This document shows positions 36,400 to 49,849 of a stretch of DNA of 64,000 nucleotides, piece after piece. Each line of letters opens with the position of its first letter. Position 1 is the first letter of the stretch. Position numbers and translations under genes: made by a program. The notes under the pieces are model-generated. The model saw nothing but the letters and a program-made list of their open reading frames with translations. It did not search any database and was not told where the DNA came from. The stretch is from Mustelus asterias (Eukaryota). The DNA is taken from contig NW_027590136.1 of the NCBI RefSeq assembly GCF_964213995.1, positions 1,116,001-1,180,000 of the forward strand, read 5' to 3'.

Positions 36400-37268
36400 C
36401 CTGTTCAAGATGTCTCAACATTGAATGACTGATGTTAACCAATTATTGGTCAACACTCAGGCTACCCCAAGCTAAGAGATATCGTTTGAGAGAAAGAATT
36501 GTCTTAAAATTCAGACAATGTGTGCAACTTGCTAAAAACCAAACCAGTTTCATTATTGACAAGTTAAAGACCAATTGGCTAATTCCCAACAATTGGCTGA
36601 GCTGGGCTTTCTACATTTTGAAAGTATAAAAAAGGGGATTCAAGAAACCAATTTGGTCGAAGTTTTTCGAAGTTCAAGGTTTTTTTAAGTTTATTTATTA
36701 GAGTCACGCATTCACACTGCAATGAAGTTACTCTGAAAATCCCCCAGTCACCACACTCTGGCGCCTGTTCGGGTAAACTGAGGGAGAATTTAGCATGCTC
36801 AATGTACCTAACCAGCAAGTCCTTCGGTCTGTGGGAGAAAATCCACACAGACAGGGGGAGAATATGCAGACTCTGCACAGACAGTGACCCAAGCCGGGTC
36901 CCTGGCGCTGTGAGGCAGCCGTGCTAACCACTGTGCCCTACAAAGAGGTGTTGAAAGCTGTTGATTTTACAAGTTATCCATGTTTTCGGAGCGGTCACTT
37001 TTTGTCCTGGCCTGAGAAGGATGGAGAGAAGTCTGTTCAATTGTTCAAGTTAAGCTTTCTCCTTTTACTGTTAATAGATTCTTTGCTTTTTTTATCCTTC
37101 TCTCGTTACATTTTTAATCGTTAATAAACTTTCCAAATTCACCATTTAAAGCATTCTTTCTTGCCATTTGGTTAAGTCACTGGAACCTGGTGTGATTTAC
37201 GATTAGTGAGGTTATTGTAAACAAGTGAACCCTATAAATCTTCGTTTAAATAAATCAACAGTTATACA
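36400..37268 (+). mobile_element. LTR-like repeat interrupted by a SINE
   Basis: Homologous to the reverse complement of 6822-7245; CCAAT, TATAAAA ~36624, AATAAA ~37124, terminal CA. Left edge uncertain. Confidence 0.6.
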
Positions 37269-37269
37269 A

Positions 37270-38340
37270 CAAATGTTTTATTCCCACAAGAAAGACACGT
37301 TTAAATGGTATTCCTTCTAAGCAAATATTTTAAATGAATGCACTGTTCATTATGTGATTAAACAGTATTGGAAACTAGTAAATTGACTTGATGCTATTTC
37401 ATTTGTATAGCTTCCAAAAAAATATTCTTCCAACGATTAAAGCCTCTTTGTGATACTGACATCCCCAATCCCTCAGCCCCATGAGATCAGTGTAATGGCA
37501 CAAATATGAAAATAATTAAAAGCAAAAGAAAATCATATATCTGCCTTTAACAGCGGGGATTCCTGGAATATTCTCAGTGTTCTGCATCTCATTAAAGAGG
37601 CAACGTCTATTATACCTGATTAGCACCATGTTCTGTTGTACAGCATAATCTGATTTCGATTATTTAACAGTCCCTCTCATAACTGCTAATGAATGAAGAA
37701 ATGACCAGTTCATAACCTGGTTCAGTGGAAGATAAAATATTTATTCTTGCGATGTTGTGTACTATGCCGCAAAGTCCTGATGTCCTGTGTTCTCAATACC
37801 AATGAATGTTAGACAGCCGGTGGCCAATAAAATGAGCTATCATGATTTGGATGCTGAAGGAGTACTTTCCTGGTCGTCGTGTCCGTTCTGATTTATTCGC
37901 TTCATTGTCAAAAGTCAATGTCAATTTTATGTGTTTCTGTTAACTAAATGCTTATTTGTAAGTCAAGAAGGTTTATTTCACCGTTAATTTTCACAGGATT
38001 AAGGAGCTGTTGGGGAAATATAAGATGTAACATGGTATCATACGAGGAGTTTCTATTGTTAATTCATTAATGGGCGACACAGTGGCATAATGGTTACCAC
38101 GGCTGCCTCACAGCATCCTGAGAACATTAGTTGAGTTTGTCGATGAATTGTCCAGCGATAATAACACTAGGCCAGTGTTTCCCATCTTCTTATATCCAGT
38201 TCCAAGGTACAATGATAGCTATCCACACCTGAAATACAATCATCCCTGCATTAAGTTACATAAATCGATAATAATTCCTCTAATTAATTATACTTTGCTA
38301 CAATGTCTTAGAGACACAGAATTATTGTAAATCAGACTGA
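37270..38340 (+). repeat. Paralog of the VH upstream region 52520-53510
   Basis: Colinear blocks such as CCACAAGAAAGAC, TTCATTATGTGATTAAA, GTTCTGTTGTACA and TTTGGATGCTGAAGGA occur in both. Confidence 0.85.
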
Positions 38341-38596
38341 CGTCTTTACCCTGATAATGTAATGTCATCTGTTTATGTCCATTCCCTTGTGAAGGGATGC
38401 AGAAATAAAGACACTTTATTAACAATGAAATTGTTTCTTTTCTATTACAGATGCTCAAATGCAATTTCACCTCTTGGACTAGCAAAGACATGACAATGGA
38501 TCTCACTGTTACTGCTTCAGTGTTAGTCTGTCTCTGGAATGTTCCAGTGTCAGCAATCAATTCACCAGGAATAATCCTTGGCGTTTTTGATATATT

Positions 38597-38915
38597 TGAT
38601 TTGATTTCATTTCATTTGATTTATTATTGATTTATCACACATATTAATACACAGTGAAAATTATTGTTTCTTGCGCACTATACCGTCAGAGCATAACGTA
38701 CATAGGGAAGGAAGGGGGAGAGTGAAGAATGTAATTTTGCAGTCATAGCTGGGGGGTAGAGAAAGATCAACTTCGTGCGAGGTCGGTCAATTCAAATATC
38801 TGATTTCAGCAGGAAAGAAGTTGTTTTTGAGTCGGTTTGTACGTGTCCTCAGACTTTTGTATCTTGTTCCCGATGAAAAAAAACGATGAGAGACTATGTC
38901 CGGGGTGCGTGGCGT
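38597..38915 (-). mobile_element. Rex1/Babar-type LINE 3' fragment
   Basis: Reverse complement of the 50740-51000 3' end, with (ATTTG)n tail. Confidence 0.75.
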
Positions 38916-38948
38916 TTTGTTTTCATAGGATTTTAGATATTTTTACAA

Positions 38949-39450
38949 GTGTAGAATCGGAGGTTGTGTTGACTCAGCCAGAGGCAGAAACTGGGCATCC
39001 CTGAGGCTGACTGAGACTGACATGTAAAGCCAACGCGTTCAATATTGGCAGCAACTGGATAATCTGGGTACGACAGGTCCCTGAACAGTGTTTATCATGT
39101 CTTCTTCAGTACGATAGTCTTGGGACAACCTACAATTCCTCCGCCCCATGGATTCAGAATCCATTTACTCTGCCCAAAGACACTTCAAACAACGTAAAGA
39201 GAAAATGCTGGAAAATCTCAGCAAGTCGGCAGCATCTGTAAGGAGAGAGAAGAGCTGACTTTTCTAGTCCAGATGACGCTTTGTCAAAAGATCATCTGGA
39301 CTCGAAACCTCAGCTCTTTTCTCTCCTCACCGTTATTGCCAGGCCTTCTGAGATTTTCCAGCATTTTCTATTTTGGGTTCAATTCCAGAATCCACAGTAA
39401 TTTGTTTTCATACTTCAAACAACACCTTCTGTTCAGAAATAACTGAAACC
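38949..39450 (+). pseudogene. Ig VH pseudogene (IgM-like), truncated in FR3
   Basis: EVVLTQPEAETGHP*G*LRLTCKA...WVRQVP...FTLPKDTSNN. Two stops; no leader, YYC or RSS found. Confidence 0.92.
39194..39411. mobile_element. Palindromic Penelope-derived element inserted into the pseudo-VH
   Basis: Long inverted arms; 12-bp duplication ACTTCAAACAAC at 39182-39193 and 39412-39423. Confidence 0.85.
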
Positions 39451-41479
39451 GGAAGATTCCTAAGTTTACCCTGTCTGTCCTACATAGACTCCAGTTTCAC
39501 TATGATGAAAATGACTCTTAGCCACTACTGAAATTGCCGAGCAGGCCAGTCAGTTGTATCAAAGCTGCTATGGAAAATCAAATAATAAACACATCCAGAG
39601 GGCAGGTTTCATCAAGGTGGTTCACAACCGCCTTCTCAGCAGGGACAATTAATGTTGGCTTTGTCAGTGATGCTCACATCCAGAGGATCAATAACAACAG
39701 TGTAAAGTGCTGCAAATTCTGGAAATCTAAAATTAAAGCAACACAAATGCTACTCAGCAGGTCAGTGTGCATCAGCAGAGAGAGAACCAGATTCACATTT
39801 AAAATCGATGCCAGGATGCAAAATCTGATTGATCTAATTCTGAAGAGCAAGGCTGTTCTCTCCAATATCGTACCCTAATACTCATTCTTCAACTAAAATC
39901 ACAAACTTACTGGCCATTAATCACACCTCGGTTTGTGGGAGCTTGCTGTACGCAAATTTCCTGCTGTATTTCCAACATTACAACAGCGACTAAATTCAGC
40001 AAAGGTAGATCAGTGAGCTTTAAGAACTTTGGGATGACATGACGTCGGGTAAAGCGATCTATGCCTGCAAGCTCTACAAAAATGAAAGTTTAATACCTTG
40101 GAAGCGTTGAGATTAATGTGAATATAGCCACTCATCTACCTGATCATAGCACCATGGAATCATAGAATCCCTACAGTGCAGAAGGAAGCCATTCTGTCCA
40201 TCATCTCTGCAACGGCCCTGCCTTCATCCTATCCCGACAACCGCAAATATTCACAGGCTAATCCTATCCCGACAACCGCAAATATTCACAGGCTAATCCC
40301 CCTAGTTGGACAATATGGCGCAATTTAGCATAGCCAATCCACCTTGGCCTTGGGAATTATACTCTCCTGGCGAACTGCTGCAGACTTGATGCACCGAATG
40401 GTCTCCTTCTGCATTGTAGGGATCCTATGATTCTACGTTGCACATCGTTGGACGCTAAGGGGCAATTTATCGTAGCCAATCCACCTACCTTGCACATCCT
40501 TGGACTGTGGAAGGAATCCGGAACACCCGGAGGAAACTCACATGGACATGGATAGAATGTGAAAACCACACACAGACAGTCGCACAAGGTTGGAATCGAA
40601 CCCTCTTCCCTGTCGTTGTAAGGGAGCAATGCTAATTGGATCTCTTAGTGATAACCACACTGGAATTTTTATTCTTCCCTCGTGTGAGTGGCATCACAAT
40701 TTGTGACAGGAATATTTCACTCATCAGATCTGTTTGTTTTAACTGGTCTCGTTGAAGCAAATTAAACGATCAATCAAATTAACATTCAGTGGAATACCAG
40801 CCTGTTCACAGGTAATTTATTGATTGTGACATCAGAACTTTCGGAACAAATTCTTAAATAGAATGGATTATATTGTTTTAATTAAATAGCATCTGGTGTA
40901 ATGTATGTTAAAACGTTTTCATTCCATTTTGAACCAACTGTTAATATTCTTAAAATAACCGCTATTTTGTGATGAAACTAATGAATAAATGACGGTTTAT
41001 CTGATTTTGCTGCCATGAACATTTCATTGTAAACAGTGAGGTGTTTATGTAAATAAACACAGAAATAGAAATCCCAGATTAGATTGTTGACTGACAAAAA
41101 CACAGCAAATATTTCCCCACCAACACAGCACAGAAATAGAGACAAACATGCAAATCGATCAACGGATTCCAGTAATGATTGTTTTTTGACATTATTTCTT
41201 CATCAATTATTTGAGGAAATGAGATAGGATGATATCTATGTTCAGAATTAAGAAAGAATCCCTCTGATTCCGAAATATAATGACACGGCAAATGTGTTTG
41301 TGGAGATTTTCTGTGTTTCATCTCTCTCTCGGTATTTCTCCTGTCTGGTTCTGTGTCTTGTCTCTCCACGATGGCTCATCGTCTTCCCTCCACAACATGA
41401 GGTCAATGTCTGCCCAATGTATTCTCTCAGCCAGAATTATAGGCTTTTCAAAGAATGTAATTCAATGAATTGAAATCGG

Positions 41480-42085
41480 TGAGGGAGCTTTACTCTAAAA
41501 GATCTCTTGAGCATTCTATGATCTGGAATGTTTGCTACATTTTCCGCTGTATGTAACCTCGGCTGTACCTAGTACAGACTTCGATGTGGCAGTACCAAAG
41601 AAACTTTCCCTGTATTTAACCCGTGTTTTCCCTGCTCTTGGAGTGTTGGATTGGATAGTCGAGAGGAATATTTACTCTGCATCTAAACTCACTGTACTTG
41701 CTCTTTGAATATTTAAATTGACTTTGTAAAGGGAGATTTAATCCGTATCTAATCTCTGCTGTACCTGACCTGGGTGGGTTTTATCGGACTGTGGACAGGG
41801 CTCTTCCCCCTGTACCTAACACAAGTTCAATCTTGCCTCCCGAATCTCTGAATGAAGAGTGCAAAAGTGGTTTTACCTATATGCCTTCATTATGTTTGAG
41901 CAGACTTTGTAGAGGGAGTTTCACTCTGTTTCTACAGAGTCTACCTGTTCAAGGGATGTTTGATTTGGATATCTAACTCATGCGTTTCCTGTCTTGGGAG
42001 TGTTTAATTTGTCAATGTGGAGGGAACTTTACATTCTGCAGCTAACCCCATGTTTCTCCTGTCCTGTGAGTTTTTCATGGGACAG
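41480..42085 (+). repeat. Degenerate ~64-bp satellite
   Basis: Recurring AGGGAGCTTTACTCTGTATCTAAC...CCTG..CTGGGAGTGTTTGAT. Confidence 0.75.
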
Positions 42086-42109
42086 GAGCCCGTCTCTCCA
42101 AATTTCATT

Positions 42110-44400
42110 CGGATTGAACCAGTCTCTTTATAATTAATCCTGTGTCAGTTTCTGTTATATAAGGCCATGTTTCTGTTTATGTGGCATTAGACCCTATCTC
42201 TACGCATATTAAACTAGATCCTTTCTCTGATTATACCAAATTAGACGCCATCTCTATTTATATGATAGGTCACATGTTTCTGTTTATATCAAACTAGACG
42301 CTGTCTCTGTTTATATTAATTTAGACCTGTCTCTGTTTGTACTAAACGAGTTAGAACATAGAACAGCACAGAACAGGCCCTTCGGCCCACGATGTTGTGC
42401 CGAGCTTTATCTGAAACCAACATCAAGCTATCCCACTCCCTATTATCCTGGTGTGCTCCATGTGCCTATCCAATAACCGCTTAAATGTTCCTAAAGTGTC
42501 TGACTCCACTATCACTGCAGGCAGTCCATTCCACACCCCAACCACTCTCTGCGTAAAGAACCTACCTCTGATATCCTTCCTGTATCTCCCACCACGAACC
42601 CTATAGTTATGCCCCCTCGTAATAGCTCCATCCACCCGAGGAAATAGTCTTTGAACGTTCACTCTATCTATTCCCTTCATCATTTTATAAACCTCTATTA
42701 AGTCTCTCCTCAGCCTCCTCCGCTCCAGAGAGAACAGCCCTAGCTCCCTCAACCTTTCCTCATAAGACCTACCCTCCAAACCAGGCAGCATCCTGGTAAA
42801 TCTCCTCTGCACTCTTTCCAGCGCTTCCACATCCTTCTTATAGCGAGGTGACCAGAACTGCACACAATATTCCAAATGTGGTCTCACCAAGGTCCTGTAC
42901 AATTGCAGCATAACCCCACGGCTCTTAAACTCCAGCCCCCTGTTAATAAAAGCAGTCTTATTTCTGCACTTGACCCTGTCCACGTTTATATTGCATTGGA
43001 CATGGTGTCAGTTTTTATTGCACTGGTCAATGCCACAAATTAGGAAAGTGTTTGGGAGAAAATAGTTTTCTTTCTGCATCCTTCTAAACATGTAAATTCT
43101 ATGAAGTCTTGGGCAGCGGAAAATAAGAAGCGTTATCTGAAATCTACTTCTGCTGACTGCATTGAAAATGGATACCAAGCCCTATGTTGCATGCACTGTC
43201 AACAAAGAACAAAGAACAAGAAAATTACAGCCCAGGAACAGGTCCTTCGACCCTCCAAGCCTGCACCAACCAAACACTGTCGATTCAATACTGCCCGTTT
43301 CAGGATCCTGTCAGATAGCAATGTCTTTCCACGAACACATTGTCACTTCTTCTTGCAGAACCGTGGAGTCATACAGACATAATTCAAGCAGAGGTATAGT
43401 TCAGTGCAGGAAAAACACTGACCCAGTCTAGTGAAACGTGTACAGGATCACGATCAAATATCATATAACCAGAGAGTATATCTAATGCTATATAAACTGA
43501 GTTCTGGTCCAGCAGACTGTTAACAGAGACAGACTGTATGTAAATATAAACAGGAGCCTGATCCAACAAAATAGAAATGAGTTAGTGCCGAGTGCCATGT
43601 GGGGATGGTCGAAGGTCAAATGCTGGTCTTTCCAGTGACACACACATCCCTTGAAAGAACCATTTAAAATAATGTCGATGACATTGTCTAGGAAAATAAA
43701 ACTGAGATAATGTCTAGTGCAGTTTTTCTGGATACAGAAGCTTGTCCGATATTAACTGAGGCAGAGCCTCGTACATTATTAGTAATTAATGATAGGGGAC
43801 CTAGACTGATATAAGCTGAGACGTAGCCAAGTGTATTAGTAATAATTGCTGACACAGGACCGAGACAGATATAAACTGAGACAGAGTCCAGTGTATTAGT
43901 AATAATTACTGATACAGGACCCAGACTGGTACACACTGAGATTTAGACAATGCAGCAATTAGGACATATTGCAAAATGCAATAATAACAGAGACGTGACA
44001 TAGTCTTAAATGAACAAATACATGGACTGATGCAGCATTAACGTAAACAGGATTTAGTTTATTAAAATCTAATGAACTATTACATAATAACTGTGACAGA
44101 ACCATGTGTTATGCATGAAGGCAGTTCTTCCAGTTTAGTATACAGTGGTAAATGTTCTGAGGCAGTAAAAATTGAGACACGGCCTCTTTTCAGATTAGCA
44201 GAGACATGGCTCAGTGCAGCCAAAACTTAGAAATTATAATATAAATAGGGTCTAAGTCTCGTATATGAGCGCCCGATATTGCGCCGGGTGCAGGGAAAAA
44301 CTTACATAGGAACTCCTGGAATGTGACCCAGTCACAGATTAGTGTAACACAGATCGTGACAGAGGCCAGTTGAATATAGGCAGAGATATGGCCTGTTTAA
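42110..44400. repeat. Degenerate ~30-bp satellite (AGACCCTGTCTCTGTTTATATT...), in opposite orientations either side of ~43.1 kb
   Basis: Units on + at 42110-42350 and 42955-43030; reverse-complement units at 43400-44400. Confidence 0.6.
42352..42955 (-). mobile_element. CR1 3' fragment (same subfamily as 55835-56318)
   Basis: 186-aa ORF2 C-terminus; (GTTCTAT) tail. Confidence 0.93.
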
Positions 44401-44689
44401 AATTATTTCATGTGATTTGCGCGTCAATGGTAAAGTCAGCATTTGTTGGCAAACCCTGATTTCCTTTGAGAATGTGGTGGCAAGCTTTGGAAAGCTGTTG
44501 GAAAGTAGCTTCCAGGCAGCTACTCTTTGCAGAATGGCATTGAGCTTTTTGAGTGGCACACGTCAGGCAAGTAGAAAACATTCAATCAACTGTGTCGGCA
44601 CATACTTGGTGGGCAGAAGGGCCTGTTCCAGTGCTGTACTAACCTTTATTCTTTGTTCATAGTCATGACTTTTGCCTGGTAGATGATGG

Positions 44690-45390
44690 ATAGGGTTTGG
44701 GAATTCAGGAGGAGCGTTGTTCACCGCAGAGCTCCTAGCATCTGACCTGCTCTTGTAGCTACATGATTGAAATATCTGTTCCGGTTCAGATTTTCACGTA
44801 TTATAATTCCTAGGATGTTGATAGTGGGCGAATTCAGCGATGTGTAAGGCCGATTAATGTCAGAGTGATGGTTGGAATCTCCCTCATTGGAGACTGTCAT
44901 TGCCTGCCACTTGTGTGGCATTAATGTTACTTGCCAGTCGTTAGCCCAAGACTGAATGTTTTCTAAGTCTTTCTGCATACGGACACAGACTGTGTCAGTA
45001 TTTGAGGAGTCACAACTGGTGCTGAACTTTGCGCAGTCATCAGTGAACATCCCACTTCTAAACGTTGATGAAGGATGAAGCTTGAGGCTAGGTCACTAAC
45101 CCGAAGACTTTCTGTAGCAATGCCCTGTGACTGAGATGACTGGTCATCAACAACCACAACCATTTTTCTTTGTGCTCAGTATGACTCCAGCCAGTGGATT
45201 GTTTTCCCCCTGATTCCCATTGACTGTAGTTTCGCTCGGGCTCCTTAATGCTACAAACGGTCACTTGCTGCTACGATGTCAAGGGAAGGCATTCTCTCTT
45301 CACCTCTTTAATTTAATTTTTTTATCTATATTTGCACTCATTTTAAAGCATTTCTGGAATCGAGTGCTCCTGGCGGGACCCTAATTGAGC
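44690..45390 (-). mobile_element. Old CR1-group LINE RT fragment (related piece at ~63160-63400, +)
   Basis: MFTDD...QKDLENIQSWA.DWQV peptide. Confidence 0.7.
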
Positions 45391-45639
45391 ATATATTTGT
45401 GTGTGTGTGTGTGTTATGTGAAATATATCATGTTTTATGCAAGTTAATTTCACAATGACCACTTGCATCCTTCCATTTACAGTACATGTGAAATATATCA
45501 TGTTTTATACAAAATAATTTCACAATGACCACTTGCATCCTTCTATTTACAGTACATGATGGACACATAATAAACACACCCATTTCGGATTGGCGTCCTT
45601 TACATATTTCACGTTTTTTGATGATTGAGGAGACCAATT

Positions 45640-46240
45640 TAGGAGTCGTAGCGTTATGTTGCAACTGTACACAACTCTGGTGCGGCCGCACTTGGAGTAC
45701 TGTGTGCAGTTCTGGTCCCCACATTACAGGAAGGATGTGGAGGCTTTGGAGAGGGTGCAGAGGAGGTTTACCAGGATGTTGCCTGGTATGGAGGGGAGAT
45801 CCTATGAGGAGAGGCTGAGGGATTTGGGATTGTTTTCGCTGGAAAGGCGGCGGCTAAGAGGGGATCTTATTGAAACATATAAGATGATTAGAGGTTTAGA
45901 TAGGGTGGATAGTGATAGCCTTTTTCCTCTGATGGAGAAATCCAGCACGAGGGGGCATGGCTTTAAATTGAGGGGGGGTAGTTATAGAACCGATGTCAGG
46001 GGTAGGTTCTTTACCCAGAGGGTGGTGAGGGATTGGAATGCCCTGCCAGCATCAGTAGTAAATGCGCCTAGTTTGGGGGCGTTTAAGAGATCCGTAGATA
46101 GGTTCATGGACGAAAAGAAATTGGTTTAGGTTGGAGGGTCACAGTTTTTTTTTTTTTTAACTGGTCGGTGCAACATCGTGGGCCGAAGGGCCTGTTCTGC
46201 GCTGTAATGTTCTATGTTCTATGTTCTATGTTCTATGTTC
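45640..46240 (+). mobile_element. CR1 3' fragment
   Basis: 157-aa ORF2 C-terminus; (ATGTTCT)n tail. Confidence 0.93.
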
Positions 46241-46584
46241 AATGTTTGAAAGCTTAATTCTGTCACAAGTGCTGCCCATTAATCTGCCATTTGTCATTGT
46301 GTGTCATCGCTTTTTGTATCATGAATGGTTGTTAAAAGCTTTGTGTGGAGACAATTATCCCCAAAAATCCTGCAGTCCCTACTCTGCTGATGTTGTTGAA
46401 TGTCTTAGCAAGGTTGACCAAAGTAAGTTCAAGTTATGGACACATATGGCACATGGAGCAGTTGTTGGCTGGAGGAAATCTTCCAACACAATCACTACAC
46501 TGCACATCAGGTCCACCCGGTCTGATGTATTTCAAGTGTGAACCTGGCAAAGATCTTTCCCGTGATGCTATGATTGAGATATGT

Positions 46585-48312
46585 CTGTAGTTGTTGAAGA
46601 CACAAATAGTTTGCCAAATATTAACGATAGAGGGTTGGCAGCAGGAGAAATACTTAATACAATTAATGTTACCAGAGAGGCAGTGCTGGGTAGACTAATG
46701 GGACTGAAGGTGGACAAGTCCCCGGGTCCGGATGGAATGCATCCCAGGGTATTGAAAGAAATGTCAGAGGTAATAGTGGATGCGTTAGTGATTATTTATC
46801 AAAACTCGTTGCATTCTGGGGTAGTGCCGGTTGATTGGAAAACGGCTAATGTTACGCCGCTGTTTAAAAAAGGAAGGAGACAAAAGGCAGGTAACTATAA
46901 GCCGGTCAGCTTAACGTCTGTAGTAGGGAAAATGCTGGAATCCATTATTAAAGAGGAGATAGCAGGGCATCTGGATAGAAATGGTTCGATCAATCAGACG
47001 CAGCATGGATTCATGAGGGGAAAGTCGTGCTTGATGAACATGTTGGATTTTTATGAAGATGTGACTAGGGCGGTTGATGGAGGAGAACCGGTGGATGCGG
47101 TGTTTTTGGATTTCCAAAAGGCGTTTGATAAGGTGCCCCATAAAAGGCTGCTGAAGAAGATTAGGGCACACGGAGTTGGGGGTAGTGTGTTAAAGTGGAT
47201 TGGGGACTGGCTATCCGACAGGAAGCAAAGAGTCGGAATAAATGGGTGTTTTTCCGGTTGGAGGAAGGTAACTAGTGGCATGCCGCAGGGATCGGTACTC
47301 GGGCCGCAACTGTTTACCATTTATATAGATGATCTGGAGGAAGGGACGGAGTGTAGGGTAACGAAGTTTGCAGACGACACAAAGATGAGTGGAAAAGTGA
47401 ATCGTGTGGAGGACGGAGAAGATCTGCAGAGAGATTTGGACAGGCTGAGTGAGTGGGCGAGGATATGGCAAATGGAGTATAACGTTGAGAAATGCGAGGT
47501 TATACACTTTGGAGGAAATAATAACAAATGGGATTACTATCTCAATGGAAACAAATTAAAACATGCTACCGTGCAAAGGGACCTGGGGGTCCTTGTGCAT
47601 GAGACGCAAAAGCCCAGTCTGCAGGTACAACAGGTGATCAAGAAGGCAAATGGGATGTTGGCCTATATTGCGAGGGGGATAGAATATAAAAGCAGGGATG
47701 TCTTGATGCACCTGTACAGGTCATTGGTGAGGCCGCAGCTGGAATACTGTGTGCAGTATTGGTCCCCTTATATGAGGAAGGATATATTGGCATTGGAGGG
47801 AGTGCAGAGAAGGTTCACCAGGTTGATACCGGAGATGAGGGGTTTGGATTATGAGGAGAGGCTGAGGAGATTGGGTTTGTACTCGTTGGAGTTTAGAAGG
47901 ATGAGGGGGGATCTTATGGAGACTTATAAGATAATGCGGGGGCTGGATAGGGTGGAGGCGGAGAGATTCTTTCCACTTAGTAAGGAAGTTAAAACTAGAG
48001 GACACAGCCTCAAAATAAAGGGGGGTCGGTTTAAGACAGAGTTGAGGAGGAACTTCTTCTCCCAGAGGGTGGTGAATCTCTGGAATTCTCTGCCCACTGA
48101 GGTGGTGGAGGCTACCTCGCTGAATATGTTTAAAGCGCGGATGGATGGATTCCTGATCGGTAAGGGAATTAAGGGTTATGGGGATCAGGCGGGTAAGTGG
48201 TACTGATCCACGTCAGATCAGCCATGATCTTATTGAATGGCGGGGCAGGCTCGAGGGGCTAGATGGTCTACTCCTGCTCCTATTTCTTATGTTCTTATGT
48301 TCTTATGTTCTT
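46585..48312 (+). mobile_element. Young 5'-truncated CR1 with uninterrupted RT domain
   Basis: 541-aa open frame with all RT motifs; (TTCTTATG)n tail. Confidence 0.96.
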
Positions 48313-49134
48313 CTATCGGTTTTGTTTTCAAATAGTATTATGAATTTGAATCATGCATCTCTTGTGGAATGGTGGGCGGCACGATGGCACAGTGGCGAGA
48401 TCTGTTGCCTCACAACGCCATGGTGGTTTGGTTCCCGGCTTGTGTCACTGTCTGTGTGGAGTCTGCACATTCTCCCCGTGTCTCCGTGTACTTCCTCTCG
48501 GTGCTCCAGTTTCCTTCCACAGTACGAAAAGACATGCTGGTTAGGTGCACTTGCCAGGCTAAATTCTCCCTCAGTGTACCCGAACAGGCGCCAGAGTGTG
48601 GCGACTAGGGGTTTTCACAGTAATTCATTGCAGTGTTAATGTAAGCCTACTTGTGACATTAATAAATAAATTAAAACTTTAAATCTTCCAGCAGTTAAGG
48701 AGAATGTAATAATTGTGCAGAAAGATAGTAATTATTTTCACTAAGTACCATCCATTCGCAATTTAATAATTTCATTCACCAGTTCTCATACATTAGGATT
48801 AGTATATTTAAAATGACTTTATGGAAGGTGGGCGAAACTGTCTAGGCCACCATTTATTCCCAATTGCTAATTGGCTAATTGCTTTCGGTAAGTTGTTGGT
48901 GAGCCGCCTTCTTGAACCGCTACACAACCTGCAGTGTAGGTACATCCACAGTGATGTTAGGGCGGGTGATCCTGGATTGCCGTTCAACTGACAGCAAAGG
49001 AATGGTAATATATGTCCAAGTCAGGTTTATGTGTGTCTTGTAGTGGAATTTCCAGGCGGGGTTGTTCCAATTCACCAATTACCATCAATTCAGAAAGATA
49101 AACAATTATTTTACAAATTATGTTCAGCATTTTG

Positions 49135-49655
49135 ATAAAAGCTAAATGCTGCGGATTCTGGAAACTGAAACTGAAAGAAATTCTGGAAAATCTCAACAGG
49201 TCTTATAGCATCTGTGGAGAGAGAATAGAGCCAACGTTTCGAGTCTGGATGATCCTTCTTAATTTGGAGGAAATTGAAGATGGTGATGAAATTGGTAAAT
49301 GATAAGGGTAGATAGGGATTAGAAAGTTTTTTTAAGGATATAGTTGGTGATTGAGACGTTGATTATGTTAGTTAGCATGGAGAAGTTGATTATGACATTT
49401 GGGATCGGTATGTGAATTGACACAACTTGTATGTGGATCGAAATAGTGTATATCATTAAAAACTAACCGTTTGATCTATTCCCATTTTAGAGGAAAGATA
49501 TGCAGATTCCCTGACATCTTGTTAGAAACAATGATGATCTCTCCAACTCATCAGGAATACTCTGCCGAAGCGTCATCCAGACTCGAAACGTTGGCTCTAT
49601 TCTGTCTCCGCAGATGCTGAGATTTTCCAGCTTTTGCTGTTTGTTTTCAGTATTT
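49135..49655. mobile_element. Penelope fragment with inverted pLTR arms
   Basis: 49135-49260 is an inverted repeat of 49563-49655; degenerate hammerhead CTGCCGAAG...CTCGAAACGTT. Confidence 0.65.
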
Positions 49656-49849
49656 CATTCTATACAACTTTGCTTCGTATCATTTATTGATATCAACATT
49701 TATTGACAGTATATTGGCCTTTCTGTCACCACGGAACAAAATCTGCTTCAGAATTCAGTGGGAAATGGAATTGATTCCGACCGATGATAGTGAGCAGCTA
49801 CCCAGTCGCCTCGGATCTTTGTTGACAAGTAAACACCTCATCATCACAC

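Noticed and set aside
41290-41400. Possible Ig/TCR leader-like hydrophobic stretch
   Set aside because: No clean ATG and donor pairing, and no V exon downstream.
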